The notes below the pieces were generated by a model that saw only the letters and a program-made list of their open reading frames with translations, was not told the origin of the DNA and searched no databases. Below, one piece after another: positions 27,289 through 36,650 of a stretch of DNA of 64,000 bases (position 1 is the stretch's first letter; every line of letters begins with the position of its first letter). Source of the stretch: a virus; the IMG/VR virus record IMGVR_UViG_3300043419_002186, positions 21,792-85,791 of that record, one strand, 5' to 3'. The position numbers were made by a program, and so were the translations under genes.

Positions 27289-27476
27289 AGAGGGCCACGC
27301 AGCGCTCCGCGGCTGGGCTGGGGAGTGCGCGCAACGGGCGCAAGGGGGACGGGGGGACGCGGGAGAGGCCCCGCGTGTCCCCCCCTTCCCCTTGACGTGA
27401 GAGAGGCCCGACCCCCTGTGACAGGGAGCGGGCCTCGGGCACTGCGCACTTCGGGCTCTCGGGCGGGTGCTGCTCG

Positions 27477-28466
27477 CTACCAGCCGAGGCCTCGAAGTTC
27501 CATCTCCGTCGGAGGCACTTCGTCGTCGGAAATGCCGCGGAGGGAGTACTTCGGGGGGTAGTACGCGTCTGACGCTGGCTGCAGAATCTTCATGCGAACG
27601 AGGTAGTCGAGGACTGCGCCGACAAGCCGCTGCCTCGCGGGTGTGGACATGTCAGGCGCGAGCTTCCTCTCGAAGGCCCGCTCGATGTAGGTCTGCTCGC
27701 GAGGGCCCCGCAGGAGGCTCACGGGCGTGTCGAGGCTGCTCGCGACCATGATGGCGAGGCTTCCTCCGACAGGGGAGCCGTCCGTCGGGAGCCCCTTCGA
27801 CTGCAGCCACTGCTCGACTTCGTAGTCGGCGCGCTCCTCCTCGGACATCGGCTCTTCTTCTAGGGCGCGCTCCACGTCCTCCTCGACCTCGTCCCTCGTC
27901 GGTGCCCGCGAGTCCGCCTTCGCCCGCTTCTTCGCGGGAGCCTTGCGAGGCTTCGGGACCTCGACCTGCTCCTCCTCGTCCCTGTCGAACTCCTCGTCCG
28001 CTTCGCGGACGGGTCGCGTGCGCTTTGCGCGACGCTCGACGGCGGTCTCGGTGTCCGTGTCCGAGGCCTCGGGAATCGATTCGGCGCGAGCCGCGGCCTT
28101 GCGCGTCGTCCGCACGCGCTTCGGCTTGGCCCTCGTTTCGAGCGCAGTCGCTTCGGAGGCCTCTTCCTGCTCCGCGGGGAGTGCGCGCTCCTCGACCTGT
28201 GTCTCGAACACGTCCACCGGCTCAGCGGGGGCCCGCGACTTGCGGGGGATGCCCTTCTCGCGCTGGATGGGCGCGAGAGAGGGCATCGGATACCTGTCCG
28301 TGAGCAGGAACCACACGGGACCGCGAGGGGTCTCGACCTTCTCGAAGTCGCGACCCTCTTCGAGCCTCTTGCCTCGGCCCGTGCCGTCCTTGCCCAGCAT
28401 CCACTTGAGCACGGTGCGGCGGTTGACGTTCCACTTCAGTGCCGCTTCGGCAACGGTCATACGCAT
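27477..28466 (-). CDS. N-terminal HTH DNA-binding protein with long charged linker
   Basis: MTVAEAALKWNVNRRTVLKW. Confidence 0.75.
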   Translation of the reverse strand: MRMTVAEAALKWNVNRRTVLKWMLGKDGTGRGKRLEEGRDFEKVETPRGPVWFLLTDRYPMPSLAPIQREKGIPRKSRAPAEPVDVFETQVEERALPAEQEEASEATALETRAKPKRVRTTRKAAARAESIPEASDTDTETAVERRAKRTRPVREADEEFDRDEEEQVEVPKPRKAPAKKRAKADSRAPTRDEVEEDVERALEEEPMSEEERADYEVEQWLQSKGLPTDGSPVGGSLAIMVASSLDTPVSLLRGPREQTYIERAFERKLAPDMSTPARQRLVGAVLDYLVRMKILQPASDAYYPPKYSLRGISDDEVPPTEMELRGLGW

Positions 28467-28475
28467 GGCTACAGC

Positions 28476-30134
28476 TTACTCCTGCCCGCGGCGGATGACC
28501 GTCCAGCCCTCGGGAACAGCGACGGGATGGACGGGGGACGTGATGATGACCTGCTGTGGGCAGGAGGTGAACGCCTTCAGGACCTCGAAGAGCGTGACGT
28601 CGTCAAAGGCGCGCTCCTCGGGGATGAGGCACGCGTACTGCCCCGGCTCGGCGCACGCGCTCGCCATCGCGGCCGTGACGCGGGCCCACTCGGCACCCGA
28701 CAGGGCCGTGTGCAGCTTGCCGTCGCGGACGAGACCGAACTGAACGACCTCTCGGTCGCCGTCGCGCAGGTTCAGAGCGAACGTGTCCGTCGGGGGCAGG
28801 TTCGACTGGACCTTCGCGATGAAGGCGGCGCGGGCCGTGTCGAGGACGCTGCCGACGGCGGCTTCGCAAGCCTCCTTCAGCGTGCGCCACTCCTCTCCTC
28901 GTCGCTCCGCGTCGAGGGCCGCGCTCTCGGCCTTCTGCACGCTGTTCCAAGCGTCGCGTGCGCCCCGCAGCTCCTGCAGCTTCTCGTCGGCGGATTCGAG
29001 CGCCTTCTCGCAGTCTTCGAGCGAGGGGCCCGTGTACTCGCCAGCGGCCTCGACCTCTGCGAGGCGCGTCTCGACCGTCTCCAGCGCGTTCTGAGCGTTC
29101 GACAGCTCGATGACCGCGGACTGCAGCTCCCGGTCCACAGCGTCGTGCTGCACGTTCTTCGCACGCTGCTCCGTCACGGCGCTCTTCGTCGCCTCGACCA
29201 GCTCCTTCGTCGGAGCAGCGCCGTCGCACACGTAGCAGATGCCGTCCGAGAGCGAGATGTCCATGGCCGTGATGACGCTGTCGAGAGCCGGGTGGATGGT
29301 CGCGGGCTTGCCGAGTGCCGCGAGCTTCTCACGAAGGCCCGCCACCTTGGCGGTGGCAGCTTCGAGCGCGGTCTTGCGGATGGCCACGGTGTTCTGATGC
29401 GACGAGAGCTGCACCAGCTTGTGCGAGGCCGTGTCCGCGATGCTGTGCTGCTTGCGCGCGTCCTCGCGAGCCTTCACGGCGGCAGAGACCTCTGCCTCGC
29501 TCGGGGGCGACATGCGGCCACCCGACACCAGCTTGCCAGCCTCGCGCTGCGTCTTCGCGGCGCTGTTCGCGTCACGCTGCTGCTTGCCCGCGTACTCCAG
29601 CACCTGCACAAGCGCGTCGGCAGCGGGAATCGATTCGGGCACCGTCTCGCTCGCGGCGCGCCACGTGGAGCGCACGACCTCGGGGAGAAGACTCTCGATG
29701 TCGTTTCGCGTCGTGCTCCCGCAGACCTTGCCGATGAGGAACTTGCGCGCAGTGACGGGGGAGCCGAGCAGCGCCTCCTTCATCGTGCGGATGGTGAGGA
29801 CGTCGCCGGTCTCGATGGCGGGGCTTCGAGAAGCCGAGTGCTTCTTCGCCTTCGCCGTCGAGCCCTCGACTCGGTAGATGGCAGCGTCCCCGTTGTCGAA
29901 GAGGACCTCAGCGACGATGGCGCTCGCGTCCTTCGGAGCGAGCTGCATCACGTCCGCTTCACGCGCAATGTCCGTGCGACCGGCGATGTCACCCACGCGA
30001 GAGGTGAGCGCCAGCTCGATGGCGTTGACGATGGTGCTCTTGCCTGAGCCGTTGGGGCCCACGACGAGCGTCTTGGGGCCGATGGCAACATCGCACCCCG
30101 CCTTCACGTTGCTCTTGACCTTGACGATGTTCAC
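28476..30134 (-). CDS. SMC/Rad50-like ABC ATPase
   Basis: Walker A GPNGSGKS, coiled coils with central CxxC (CYVC), signature LSGAE, degenerate Walker B (LIPEE). Confidence 0.85.
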   Translation of the reverse strand: MNIVKVKSNVKAGCDVAIGPKTLVVGPNGSGKSTIVNAIELALTSRVGDIAGRTDIAREADVMQLAPKDASAIVAEVLFDNGDAAIYRVEGSTAKAKKHSASRSPAIETGDVLTIRTMKEALLGSPVTARKFLIGKVCGSTTRNDIESLLPEVVRSTWRAASETVPESIPAADALVQVLEYAGKQQRDANSAAKTQREAGKLVSGGRMSPPSEAEVSAAVKAREDARKQHSIADTASHKLVQLSSHQNTVAIRKTALEAATAKVAGLREKLAALGKPATIHPALDSVITAMDISLSDGICYVCDGAAPTKELVEATKSAVTEQRAKNVQHDAVDRELQSAVIELSNAQNALETVETRLAEVEAAGEYTGPSLEDCEKALESADEKLQELRGARDAWNSVQKAESAALDAERRGEEWRTLKEACEAAVGSVLDTARAAFIAKVQSNLPPTDTFALNLRDGDREVVQFGLVRDGKLHTALSGAEWARVTAAMASACAEPGQYACLIPEERAFDDVTLFEVLKAFTSCPQQVIITSPVHPVAVPEGWTVIRRGQE

Positions 30135-30355
30135 TTGCTTTCCCCTTGTTCAAGCATCCTGCGCAGAGCGTCGAGAAGCATCGGATGCGGCGTGTGATTC
30201 TCGTTGAGCCAGCGGTAGATGGTGCGTGTGCTGACGTGCGAGCGCTCTGCGATTTCTCCCATCTTCAACCCCGAAGACAGGAGAGAGGTGATGAGGTTCT
30301 TGGCCTCGTTGGAGCGTTCCTTGAGTGTGCGGCTTGCGACCCGTTTGTCCTGCAT
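30131..30355 (-). CDS. Small HTH (Cro/XRE-like) regulator
   Basis: MGEIAERSHVSTRTIYRW. Confidence 0.8.
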   Translation of the reverse strand: MQDKRVASRTLKERSNEAKNLITSLLSSGLKMGEIAERSHVSTRTIYRWLNENHTPHPMLLDALRRMLEQGESK

Positions 30356-30388
30356 GATGACCTCTCCTAGGCCCCCTTTCCTGCGGAC

Positions 30389-30417
30389 AAGTTAGGGTAT
30401 GACAAGTGTCGTGTCAA
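30389..30417 (-). promoter_or_regulatory. Sigma70-type promoter
   Basis: TTGACA-N17-TAACTT upstream of the HTH/SMC operon. Confidence 0.7.
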
Positions 30418-30420
30418 GTG

Positions 30421-30843
30421 TCACTCAAGGTCGAGGACCCAGCCACCGAAGAAGTCGTTGGGGTCGATGCACTCGATGCCAATCGCACGTCGAAGGACCG
30501 GCTCCTCCGTCGTCCGCTGGTACTGGAGTGAGAAGACGGGGCACTTCTTTGCAAGCGCGAGCTGGATGATGAGCGCAGTCGCCTTGCCCATGCTCGTCCC
30601 GGGGACGACGAAGCCCGAATAGACGGGCTTCAGCGTCGTCATGTCCATGCGGTTGACCACGTCGCGGCACCAGCCGCCGAAGCCTCCCGCGCTTGGCGCG
30701 TGCTTCATGTAGTCGTCGCGACCGGCGACCACGACGACGTTGTCGCCCGTGGCAGCGAACGCGAGACCGACGTCGTGGACGTCACGGTCGATTTCGGCAT
30801 CCTCCATGGACTTGGGGTGCGCGAAGAAGATGGAGTGGGTCAC
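30421..30843 (-). CDS. Hypothetical protein
   Basis: 140 aa, coupled operon. Confidence 0.65.
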   Translation of the reverse strand: MTHSIFFAHPKSMEDAEIDRDVHDVGLAFAATGDNVVVVAGRDDYMKHAPSAGGFGGWCRDVVNRMDMTTLKPVYSGFVVPGTSMGKATALIIQLALAKKCPVFSLQYQRTTEEPVLRRAIGIECIDPNDFFGGWVLDLE

Positions 30844-31175
30844 TGGAGCGTCTCCTCGTTCTGAGTCGATTCGGGGGCCTTGCGGAAGATGAAGACGGGG
30901 TTCGTGTCACCGAAGTGCGCGCCGATGATGTTGAAGCCGTACCATTCGAGGGCTTCCTCCTCGGTCATGCCGTCGCGGTCTTGCAGAATCTTGAGGAGCT
31001 TCTCTCCGTCGTAGACGAGGCGCACCTTGCCTCCGAACTCCTCACCGAAGCCGATGATGGCGTCGTCGAGGCCGTCGAGGACGATGATGTTCGTATCCTC
31101 GTCCATCTCGCCCACGGTCTCCTGAATCCACTCCTCGATGGTGCTCTTCTTCTCTTCGTTCTCGTTGTCACTCAT
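30840..31175 (-). CDS. Conserved phage-type acidic hypothetical protein
   Basis: DGLDDAIIG...VYD...GMTEEEALEWYGFNIIGA. Confidence 0.75.
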   Translation of the reverse strand: MSDNENEEKKSTIEEWIQETVGEMDEDTNIIVLDGLDDAIIGFGEEFGGKVRLVYDGEKLLKILQDRDGMTEEEALEWYGFNIIGAHFGDTNPVFIFRKAPESTQNEETLQ

Positions 31176-31531
31176 CGGTCGTCCTCGGGAAAGTGCTGTG
31201 CCATGCACAGCGAGCAAACATGCTTCACGGCGGGGGCTGTCCAGTTGCGGTCGTTCGTGTCGCCAGCACGAACGCGAAAGTCACTCGCGGGGAGATAGCC
31301 CCAGCCATCCATCTCGGTCGCTTCGAGCACCGACTTCTGAAAGTCGAACGCGGTCTCGGTGCCCCGCGCCATCGGGTCCCACTCGATGGTGGGTTCGACG
31401 CCGAATCGATTCCTCGCGACGCAGAAGTCGCAGCGGAGCGTGAACGCTGCGTGCATCTCCATTATTGCGCGCTCCTTGCCCTTCTTCGTAATGGTGTACG
31501 AATGGGAGCGCAGCACCCCTGCTTTGCTCAT
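31172..31531 (-). CDS. Zn-finger paralog 1
   Basis: CDFC...DGW...HVCSLC. Confidence 0.65.
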   Translation of the reverse strand: MSKAGVLRSHSYTITKKGKERAIMEMHAAFTLRCDFCVARNRFGVEPTIEWDPMARGTETAFDFQKSVLEATEMDGWGYLPASDFRVRAGDTNDRNWTAPAVKHVCSLCMAQHFPEDDR

Positions 31532-31857
31532 TCGGGAATCTCCTGCTTCACGCACTCGGGGCACGCGTGCTGGACGTTGTGGACGCGCTCCTTGAGAGGA
31601 ACACGACGCAGCTTCGTTATGTGCCTCTCCAGACGAGCCCATCCATCGGGAATCGATTCGGTAGTCTCCTTCGTGCCGAAGACGAAGAGGCGCGGGTTCC
31701 TCTTCGTGCGAAGCCACTCGGGCAGCGTCAGCGAATGATTGTCAGCATCATCGGGACAGAAGTCGCAGTAGATGCCCCACTGCTTGTCCGTATCGAAGAA
31801 CGACTCTCCGTACATGTTCGTCCCGTCCCTTGGGATGGAGAACATGATGAGGCTCAT
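31528..31857 (-). CDS. Zn-finger paralog 2
   Basis: CDFC...DGW...HACPECVKQEIPE. Confidence 0.7.
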   Translation of the reverse strand: MSLIMFSIPRDGTNMYGESFFDTDKQWGIYCDFCPDDADNHSLTLPEWLRTKRNPRLFVFGTKETTESIPDGWARLERHITKLRRVPLKERVHNVQHACPECVKQEIPE

Positions 31858-32117
31858 TCGGGAATCTCCTGTTTCACGCACGTGGGGCACATCCACATCG
31901 TGGTGCCGTGCAGCTTCTCAATCACGTGCCAGCCATCGGGGAGCGACCAGCCCTTCGCAATCCACACGCGACCGTACGCGCACCAAAAGCACAGATGCCA
32001 GTAGCCGCGGGGGCGGGACCCGCTCGCGTCGCCATCCTCGGAATGCGCGAGCCTGATGCGAACGCCTTGGTCGTTCTCGTAGAGCCCGGGCTCGCCGGGG
32101 ATGGCACGGAGCGTCAC
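31854..32117 (-). CDS. Zn-finger paralog 3
   Basis: CFWC...DGW...MCPTCVKQEIPE. Confidence 0.7.
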   Translation of the reverse strand: MTLRAIPGEPGLYENDQGVRIRLAHSEDGDASGSRPRGYWHLCFWCAYGRVWIAKGWSLPDGWHVIEKLHGTTMWMCPTCVKQEIPE

Positions 32118-32500
32118 TCAGGAATCTCCGTCTTCGCACAGTCGGGGCACATGTAGTGCGCGGGCCTGTCGGGCTTCGCTGCGTCCTCAACGAGGTGCCA
32201 CCCGTCCTGCAGGTCCTCGTTGAGCAGGTGCCTGTTCTCGTCGCACCAGTAGCAGCGGATGGTCAGTGTGCCGGTTGCGGGACGCTTGATGAGGCCGTCG
32301 AGAAAGATGGTGAAGATGCCGCCCGCATCATTGGAAGCGTCGGGACCGATGTTCATCGGGACGAGGTACTGAGGCGCCGTGACCGCTGACGCGATTCCCG
32401 GTGTCGGAGGCCGCAGCCCGTGGGTCGCCGCTTCCGCAGTCCACTTCGCACGCTCTTCGTCCGAGAGGCTCTCCCAGTAGGCGTCCACGATGTCACGCAT
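32114..32500 (-). CDS. Zn-finger paralog 4
   Basis: CYWC...DGW...MCPDCAKTEIPE. Confidence 0.7.
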   Translation of the reverse strand: MRDIVDAYWESLSDEERAKWTAEAATHGLRPPTPGIASAVTAPQYLVPMNIGPDASNDAGGIFTIFLDGLIKRPATGTLTIRCYWCDENRHLLNEDLQDGWHLVEDAAKPDRPAHYMCPDCAKTEIPE

Positions 32501-32669
32501 CGGAGCGCTTCCCGTCGAGGGAGTCGATGTACTCGACCAGCTCCGTGTAGTGGTGCTCGTTCGCAAACCATGCGCGCAGCGTGGCGCGGCCCTTGGGCGT
32601 CATCTCGCGAATGTCCTTCTTGATGCTCTCATCGAGCAGGGGCTCTTCGCGAATCGATTCGTCAGTCAT
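32493..32669 (-). CDS. Small hypothetical protein
   Basis: MTDESIREEP..., overlaps both neighbours. Confidence 0.5.
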   Translation of the reverse strand: MTDESIREEPLLDESIKKDIREMTPKGRATLRAWFANEHHYTELVEYIDSLDGKRSDA

Positions 32670-32862
32670 CGCTCTTCCCCTTCGCGAGGCAGTCTCCGCA
32701 CGTCACCTTCTCGTCGTGCTTGTCCATCTGCGTCCCCGGCACCCACGTCAGTCCGCAGAGCGGCGCCCACGTCTTGACGACCACGAAGTCTTTCGGCTTC
32801 AGCCCTTTGACGTGTACTTCCTGCTCCGCGGTGACGACGGCCTTGTGAACCTTCTCAGTCAT
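32662..32862 (-). CDS. Small Zn-binding protein
   Basis: H...PLCG...VTCGDC. Confidence 0.55.
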   Translation of the reverse strand: MTEKVHKAVVTAEQEVHVKGLKPKDFVVVKTWAPLCGLTWVPGTQMDKHDEKVTCGDCLAKGKSDD

Positions 32863-33190
32863 TTTCGAATCCTTCTGCTCGAACGCATGCAGGGCACGCG
32901 TCGAGCGTGTGTCTGTGGTTTCGCATCTGGAGCTGCCCAAACGTGAACGGTTCGAGAGCTGCGATGATCTTCCATCCGTCCGCGTATCCGTCCCCGTCTT
33001 GAAGCAGCCCGTTATCGCCCATTTCAACCTTGCGGCTCTCGCAGTAGTCGCAGGTGACAACCGTCGCGACGAAGCCTTTTCCTGCCGGGTAGCGCTTCTC
33101 ATCCGTCACCCGCTCCACTCTCCCCATGCCGTCGGAACCCGGAATGACGTTGAGCTTGATGGGGGCGTGCATTTGGTAGGCGCGACTCAT
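32855..33190 (-). CDS. Zn-finger paralog 5
   Basis: CDYC...DGW...DACPAC. Confidence 0.65.
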   Translation of the reverse strand: MSRAYQMHAPIKLNVIPGSDGMGRVERVTDEKRYPAGKGFVATVVTCDYCESRKVEMGDNGLLQDGDGYADGWKIIAALEPFTFGQLQMRNHRHTLDACPACVRAEGFEND

Positions 33191-35814
33191 CACACGTCTG
33201 CCCACGTCTTTCCTGTCTTGGGCTTGGCGGCGAACTCGACGCCGTCGAGTCCCCACACCGCACGGTTCATGTGCTTCTTGAGCATCTTCTCGACCCACTC
33301 GGCTTCGCTCTCGGGGCACTCCACGTAGAGCGCGTCGTGCACCTGCGAGATGAGGCCCGTGTTCGGTCCCCACTTGCCGAAGGGAATGTCCTGCAGGAGG
33401 TCGAAGGTGCTCTCATGGATGATGTGCGCACCCGCACTTTGAATGGGGTGGTTCACGATTTCATTGAACGCCTCGCCATCGAGGAAGTCGCGCTGACGGC
33501 CCCACACGGGGTCTCGCACGTAGCCCTTCTCTCGGAAGCCCTCGACGGTCTTGTCCCACCACTTCGGAAGCTCGGGGATTCCCTTGAGCCAGTTGCGCTT
33601 GAGCGTCGCGACCTCGCGCAGCGTCAGGTCCGGGTACATCAGGTTCCCGTTCTCGTCCTCTGCCGATGTGACGAGGTTGTGCACCGTCTCGTCGCCTGAG
33701 CCGTAGAACGAGGCGTACTTGATGCCCTTCGCAATCTTGCGCAGCTTGTCCCACATGTCACTCTTCGGCTGCAGCGCATCGAACTTCGCGCCAAACATCA
33801 GCGAAGCCGTCATCGCGTGCGGGTCCTTCTTCGCAGCGAACGCTTCGAGGTAGATGCGAATCTGCGCGATGGCAGTGATGATGCGAAGCTCAAGCTGGTC
33901 AGCGTCCGCTCCGACGATGACGTTCCCCGGCGCAGGGATGATGAGCTTGCGCAGGTGCTTGGGCCAGTTCTGCGCGTTCGGATTCGAGCTGCTCAGGCGA
34001 CCTGACGTGGTGCCATGCGCGTTGTAGTCGGGGCGCACACGGCCATCGAGCGAGATGAGCCCCCGCTGCGCCTCCTCCTGCTCATCCTCGCTCGCGAACT
34101 GGAAGCCGTCGAGAGGAGAGTTGTAGGGGATGAGGCGGCGAACGTAGGTGCCGTATTCCTTCGCCACGCGGCGGTAGCGGCGCAGCGTGTCGAGGAACGC
34201 GACGACCTGCTCCTTGTTCTGAACGGACGGGTCATCCTTCACGCCCGCGCGCATGAGACGAACGCACTCGTCGTTGGTCGAGGGGTCGCCCAGCTTTGTG
34301 TAGTCCGCGGGAGGGAGAGACCACTCCTCGAAGAGCAGGTCCCGAAGCTGAGGGACGCTGTTCATGTTGATTTCGCGTCCGAGAATCGATTCGGCGTGCT
34401 TGCGGAAGTGCGCAATCTTCGTGAGCAGCTCCTTCGCAGCCACATCGCGAGCGGCGCGGTCAACGAGGAGCCCGTTCTCATGGAGGCCAACGCAGACCTC
34501 CTGCACCTTGTGGTCCTTCTTGACGACGCTCTCCTGCTGACGCTCGACCACGGCGCGCGAGAGCTGGGGAACCACGCGAGCGGTGACGACGCAGTCCACC
34601 GCGTTGTAGTGCTGCAGCTCCTTGTCCGTGCTCGCCTCCGTGGCCGTGTGCGCGTCCTTCCAAGCGACCACGTCCGTGTAGATGGAGCCGACGTATCCGA
34701 GCTTGTGCGGCAGCTCAGGCTCGACGCAGCGGTGCAGGAGGATGGTGTCGATGAGCGGCTTCGGGTCCACGCCGAAGTGCTGCTTGATGACCATGCGGTC
34801 GAAGTAGCCCGCGTTGTGGCCAATCTTGAGCTTGTTCGGGTCCGAGAAGAAGTCGCGCAGGATGGAGCGCATCTCCTCCACCTGACCGCTGGTGTACTGC
34901 GGAGGAGGAATGAGCGCGCCGCCGGGGCCCTCGATGGAGAGGAAGGGGACGACGATGGCGCCGTACTCATGCCCGATGCCCACGGTCTTGAGCTTCGCGA
35001 CCATCGGGTCATCGACGGTGGTCTCGACGTCGAACGTGTAGTCGATGTCGGTGCGAGCGACGAAGGCGCGCAGCTCGTCGGGCGTGGGAAGCAGCTTGAT
35101 TTGTGGCTCTCGCCAGCCGAGGCCGACGGTGAACCATCGGTAGGCGCGCGAGAGGTCCGAGCGGAAGGCGCGTGACCAGCGACGCGTGCGCATCACGAAG
35201 GCAGGATGCAGCGTCGGGAGCACACGAATGGCGAATCGATTCGGGTCCTCCGTCTCCGAGAGGAAGTCGTTCGCGTCGTTGAGGAAGGCCTCCACGGGAC
35301 CACCGCGGATGTCCATGATGGAGCGCTGCTTGCGCGTCAGGGCCGTGTAGGGGACCTTGCCCAGCGTGATGATGCGCTGCATCCCCATCAGCTCGTTCAT
35401 CAGGCGGGGTCGGCAGCACTCGATGGGAGAGGGCAGGAGGGCTTCGCCCTTTTTGGCGAGCTTCTTGTTCGCCCGCTGCCACTTGAGCATGACCTTGTCG
35501 AGGTCGTTCTCGGGAGCGCGGCAAGCGACGGCGTGGTGCAGGTTCATCGACTGACGACGGATGCCGAGCGCCTTGAGAGCGTTCGTGAACTCCATGCCAC
35601 CAGCGCCGGTCAGGGGACGCCCCGTCTCGCACTCCTTCTCAGCGGGCGCCTCAGCGATAACGGCAATCTCCGCATCCTCGCGAAGTTCGGGTCCCACGGG
35701 ACCACCTTCTCGCGAGGTGCGGAGAGTGCATTGCGCGCAGTTGGCACCGAGCTTCTCGGGGTCGTAGGTCCCCTCGTTGTACATCTGAAACAGCAGCGCT
35801 CGCGTGCCGTTCAT
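33190..35814 (-). CDS. polA: Family A DNA polymerase with N-terminal uracil-DNA-glycosylase-like domain and 3'-5' exonuclease
   Basis: UDG-like CxxC, EAP, CR, LHPAFV; exonuclease FDVET, GHNAGYFD, YNAVD; polymerase TSGRLSSSNPNAQN, DADQLELR, RKIAKGIKYASFYG, QVHD. Confidence 0.95.
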   Translation of the reverse strand: MNGTRALLFQMYNEGTYDPEKLGANCAQCTLRTSREGGPVGPELREDAEIAVIAEAPAEKECETGRPLTGAGGMEFTNALKALGIRRQSMNLHHAVACRAPENDLDKVMLKWQRANKKLAKKGEALLPSPIECCRPRLMNELMGMQRIITLGKVPYTALTRKQRSIMDIRGGPVEAFLNDANDFLSETEDPNRFAIRVLPTLHPAFVMRTRRWSRAFRSDLSRAYRWFTVGLGWREPQIKLLPTPDELRAFVARTDIDYTFDVETTVDDPMVAKLKTVGIGHEYGAIVVPFLSIEGPGGALIPPPQYTSGQVEEMRSILRDFFSDPNKLKIGHNAGYFDRMVIKQHFGVDPKPLIDTILLHRCVEPELPHKLGYVGSIYTDVVAWKDAHTATEASTDKELQHYNAVDCVVTARVVPQLSRAVVERQQESVVKKDHKVQEVCVGLHENGLLVDRAARDVAAKELLTKIAHFRKHAESILGREINMNSVPQLRDLLFEEWSLPPADYTKLGDPSTNDECVRLMRAGVKDDPSVQNKEQVVAFLDTLRRYRRVAKEYGTYVRRLIPYNSPLDGFQFASEDEQEEAQRGLISLDGRVRPDYNAHGTTSGRLSSSNPNAQNWPKHLRKLIIPAPGNVIVGADADQLELRIITAIAQIRIYLEAFAAKKDPHAMTASLMFGAKFDALQPKSDMWDKLRKIAKGIKYASFYGSGDETVHNLVTSAEDENGNLMYPDLTLREVATLKRNWLKGIPELPKWWDKTVEGFREKGYVRDPVWGRQRDFLDGEAFNEIVNHPIQSAGAHIIHESTFDLLQDIPFGKWGPNTGLISQVHDALYVECPESEAEWVEKMLKKHMNRAVWGLDGVEFAAKPKTGKTWADV

Positions 35815-35818
35815 GTTC

Positions 35819-36100
35819 TCACTCCGTGATGAGCTTGAGGGAGGGCTTCTGCGGGAGCTGCGCCGCGGCGTGCTGCTTCTTCGTGAACTCCATGTGCGTC
35901 TCGACGGCCTTCACCATCGCTTCGGCGCTCACGTCGGCGCGAACCGCGAGGATGCAAGCGCGCGAAAGCAGGTAGTCCACGAAGCGTCCCGGGTTCAGCT
36001 CCGAGATGGCGGCAGCGCGCAGCATGGCCTCGAAGGAGGTGTTGATGTTCGCGAGAGCCATCTGCTCCCGCTGTTCCTGCGTCAGGTTCTTGGGGTCCAT
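35819..36100 (-). CDS. Hypothetical protein
   Basis: 93-aa helical ORF in operon. Confidence 0.6.
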   Translation of the reverse strand: MDPKNLTQEQREQMALANINTSFEAMLRAAAISELNPGRFVDYLLSRACILAVRADVSAEAMVKAVETHMEFTKKQHAAAQLPQKPSLKLITE

Positions 36101-36475
36101 CTAGGCCTCCAGCGTTTCAATGGTGAAGTGGGTGAAGCCATCGTCCTTCTGCTCAGCGATGCGCGTGTTCGCGACGGTCTCGACGATGGACGTGAACTTG
36201 TGGAGCAGGTGCGAGAAGACCTCGCTGTTCACCTCGTCGCTCATCGCGACGCTCACGGCAGCGAAGAGGCACGCGGTGATGAAGCGCTCGCGGTTCTCGC
36301 CGTCCAAGTCCTCCTTCTGCGCCTTGCGCATGACGGAGTAGATGGCGTCCGCGTACTTGCGGAAGTTCGGGTGCTCGATGATGCCGATGAGCTGCTTCTT
36401 CTCGCTCTGCCGCTGCTCGATGGCAGCTTGGATTTTCGCCCGCAGCTCAGCGGGCATGTCGCTTGGCAAGTTCAT
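36101..36475 (-). CDS. Hypothetical protein
   Basis: 124 aa, GAGGAG RBS. Confidence 0.65.
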   Translation of the reverse strand: MNLPSDMPAELRAKIQAAIEQRQSEKKQLIGIIEHPNFRKYADAIYSVMRKAQKEDLDGENRERFITACLFAAVSVAMSDEVNSEVFSHLLHKFTSIVETVANTRIAEQKDDGFTHFTIETLEA

Positions 36476-36650
36476 TGGAGACTCCTCTCGAATCGATTCA
36501 GTGAAGTGTCGGCTCGCCCCGCCCTGCTAGACCAAGGCACCATCCGCCGCTGCCGACCAACCGTGTCTCTCACGGCTCCCTGCGATTGCGGGAAGGAGGA
36601 GATGCAGCATGTCTCCCCGCGCTTGGCTCGCCACTGGCCAATCTTGAGAA

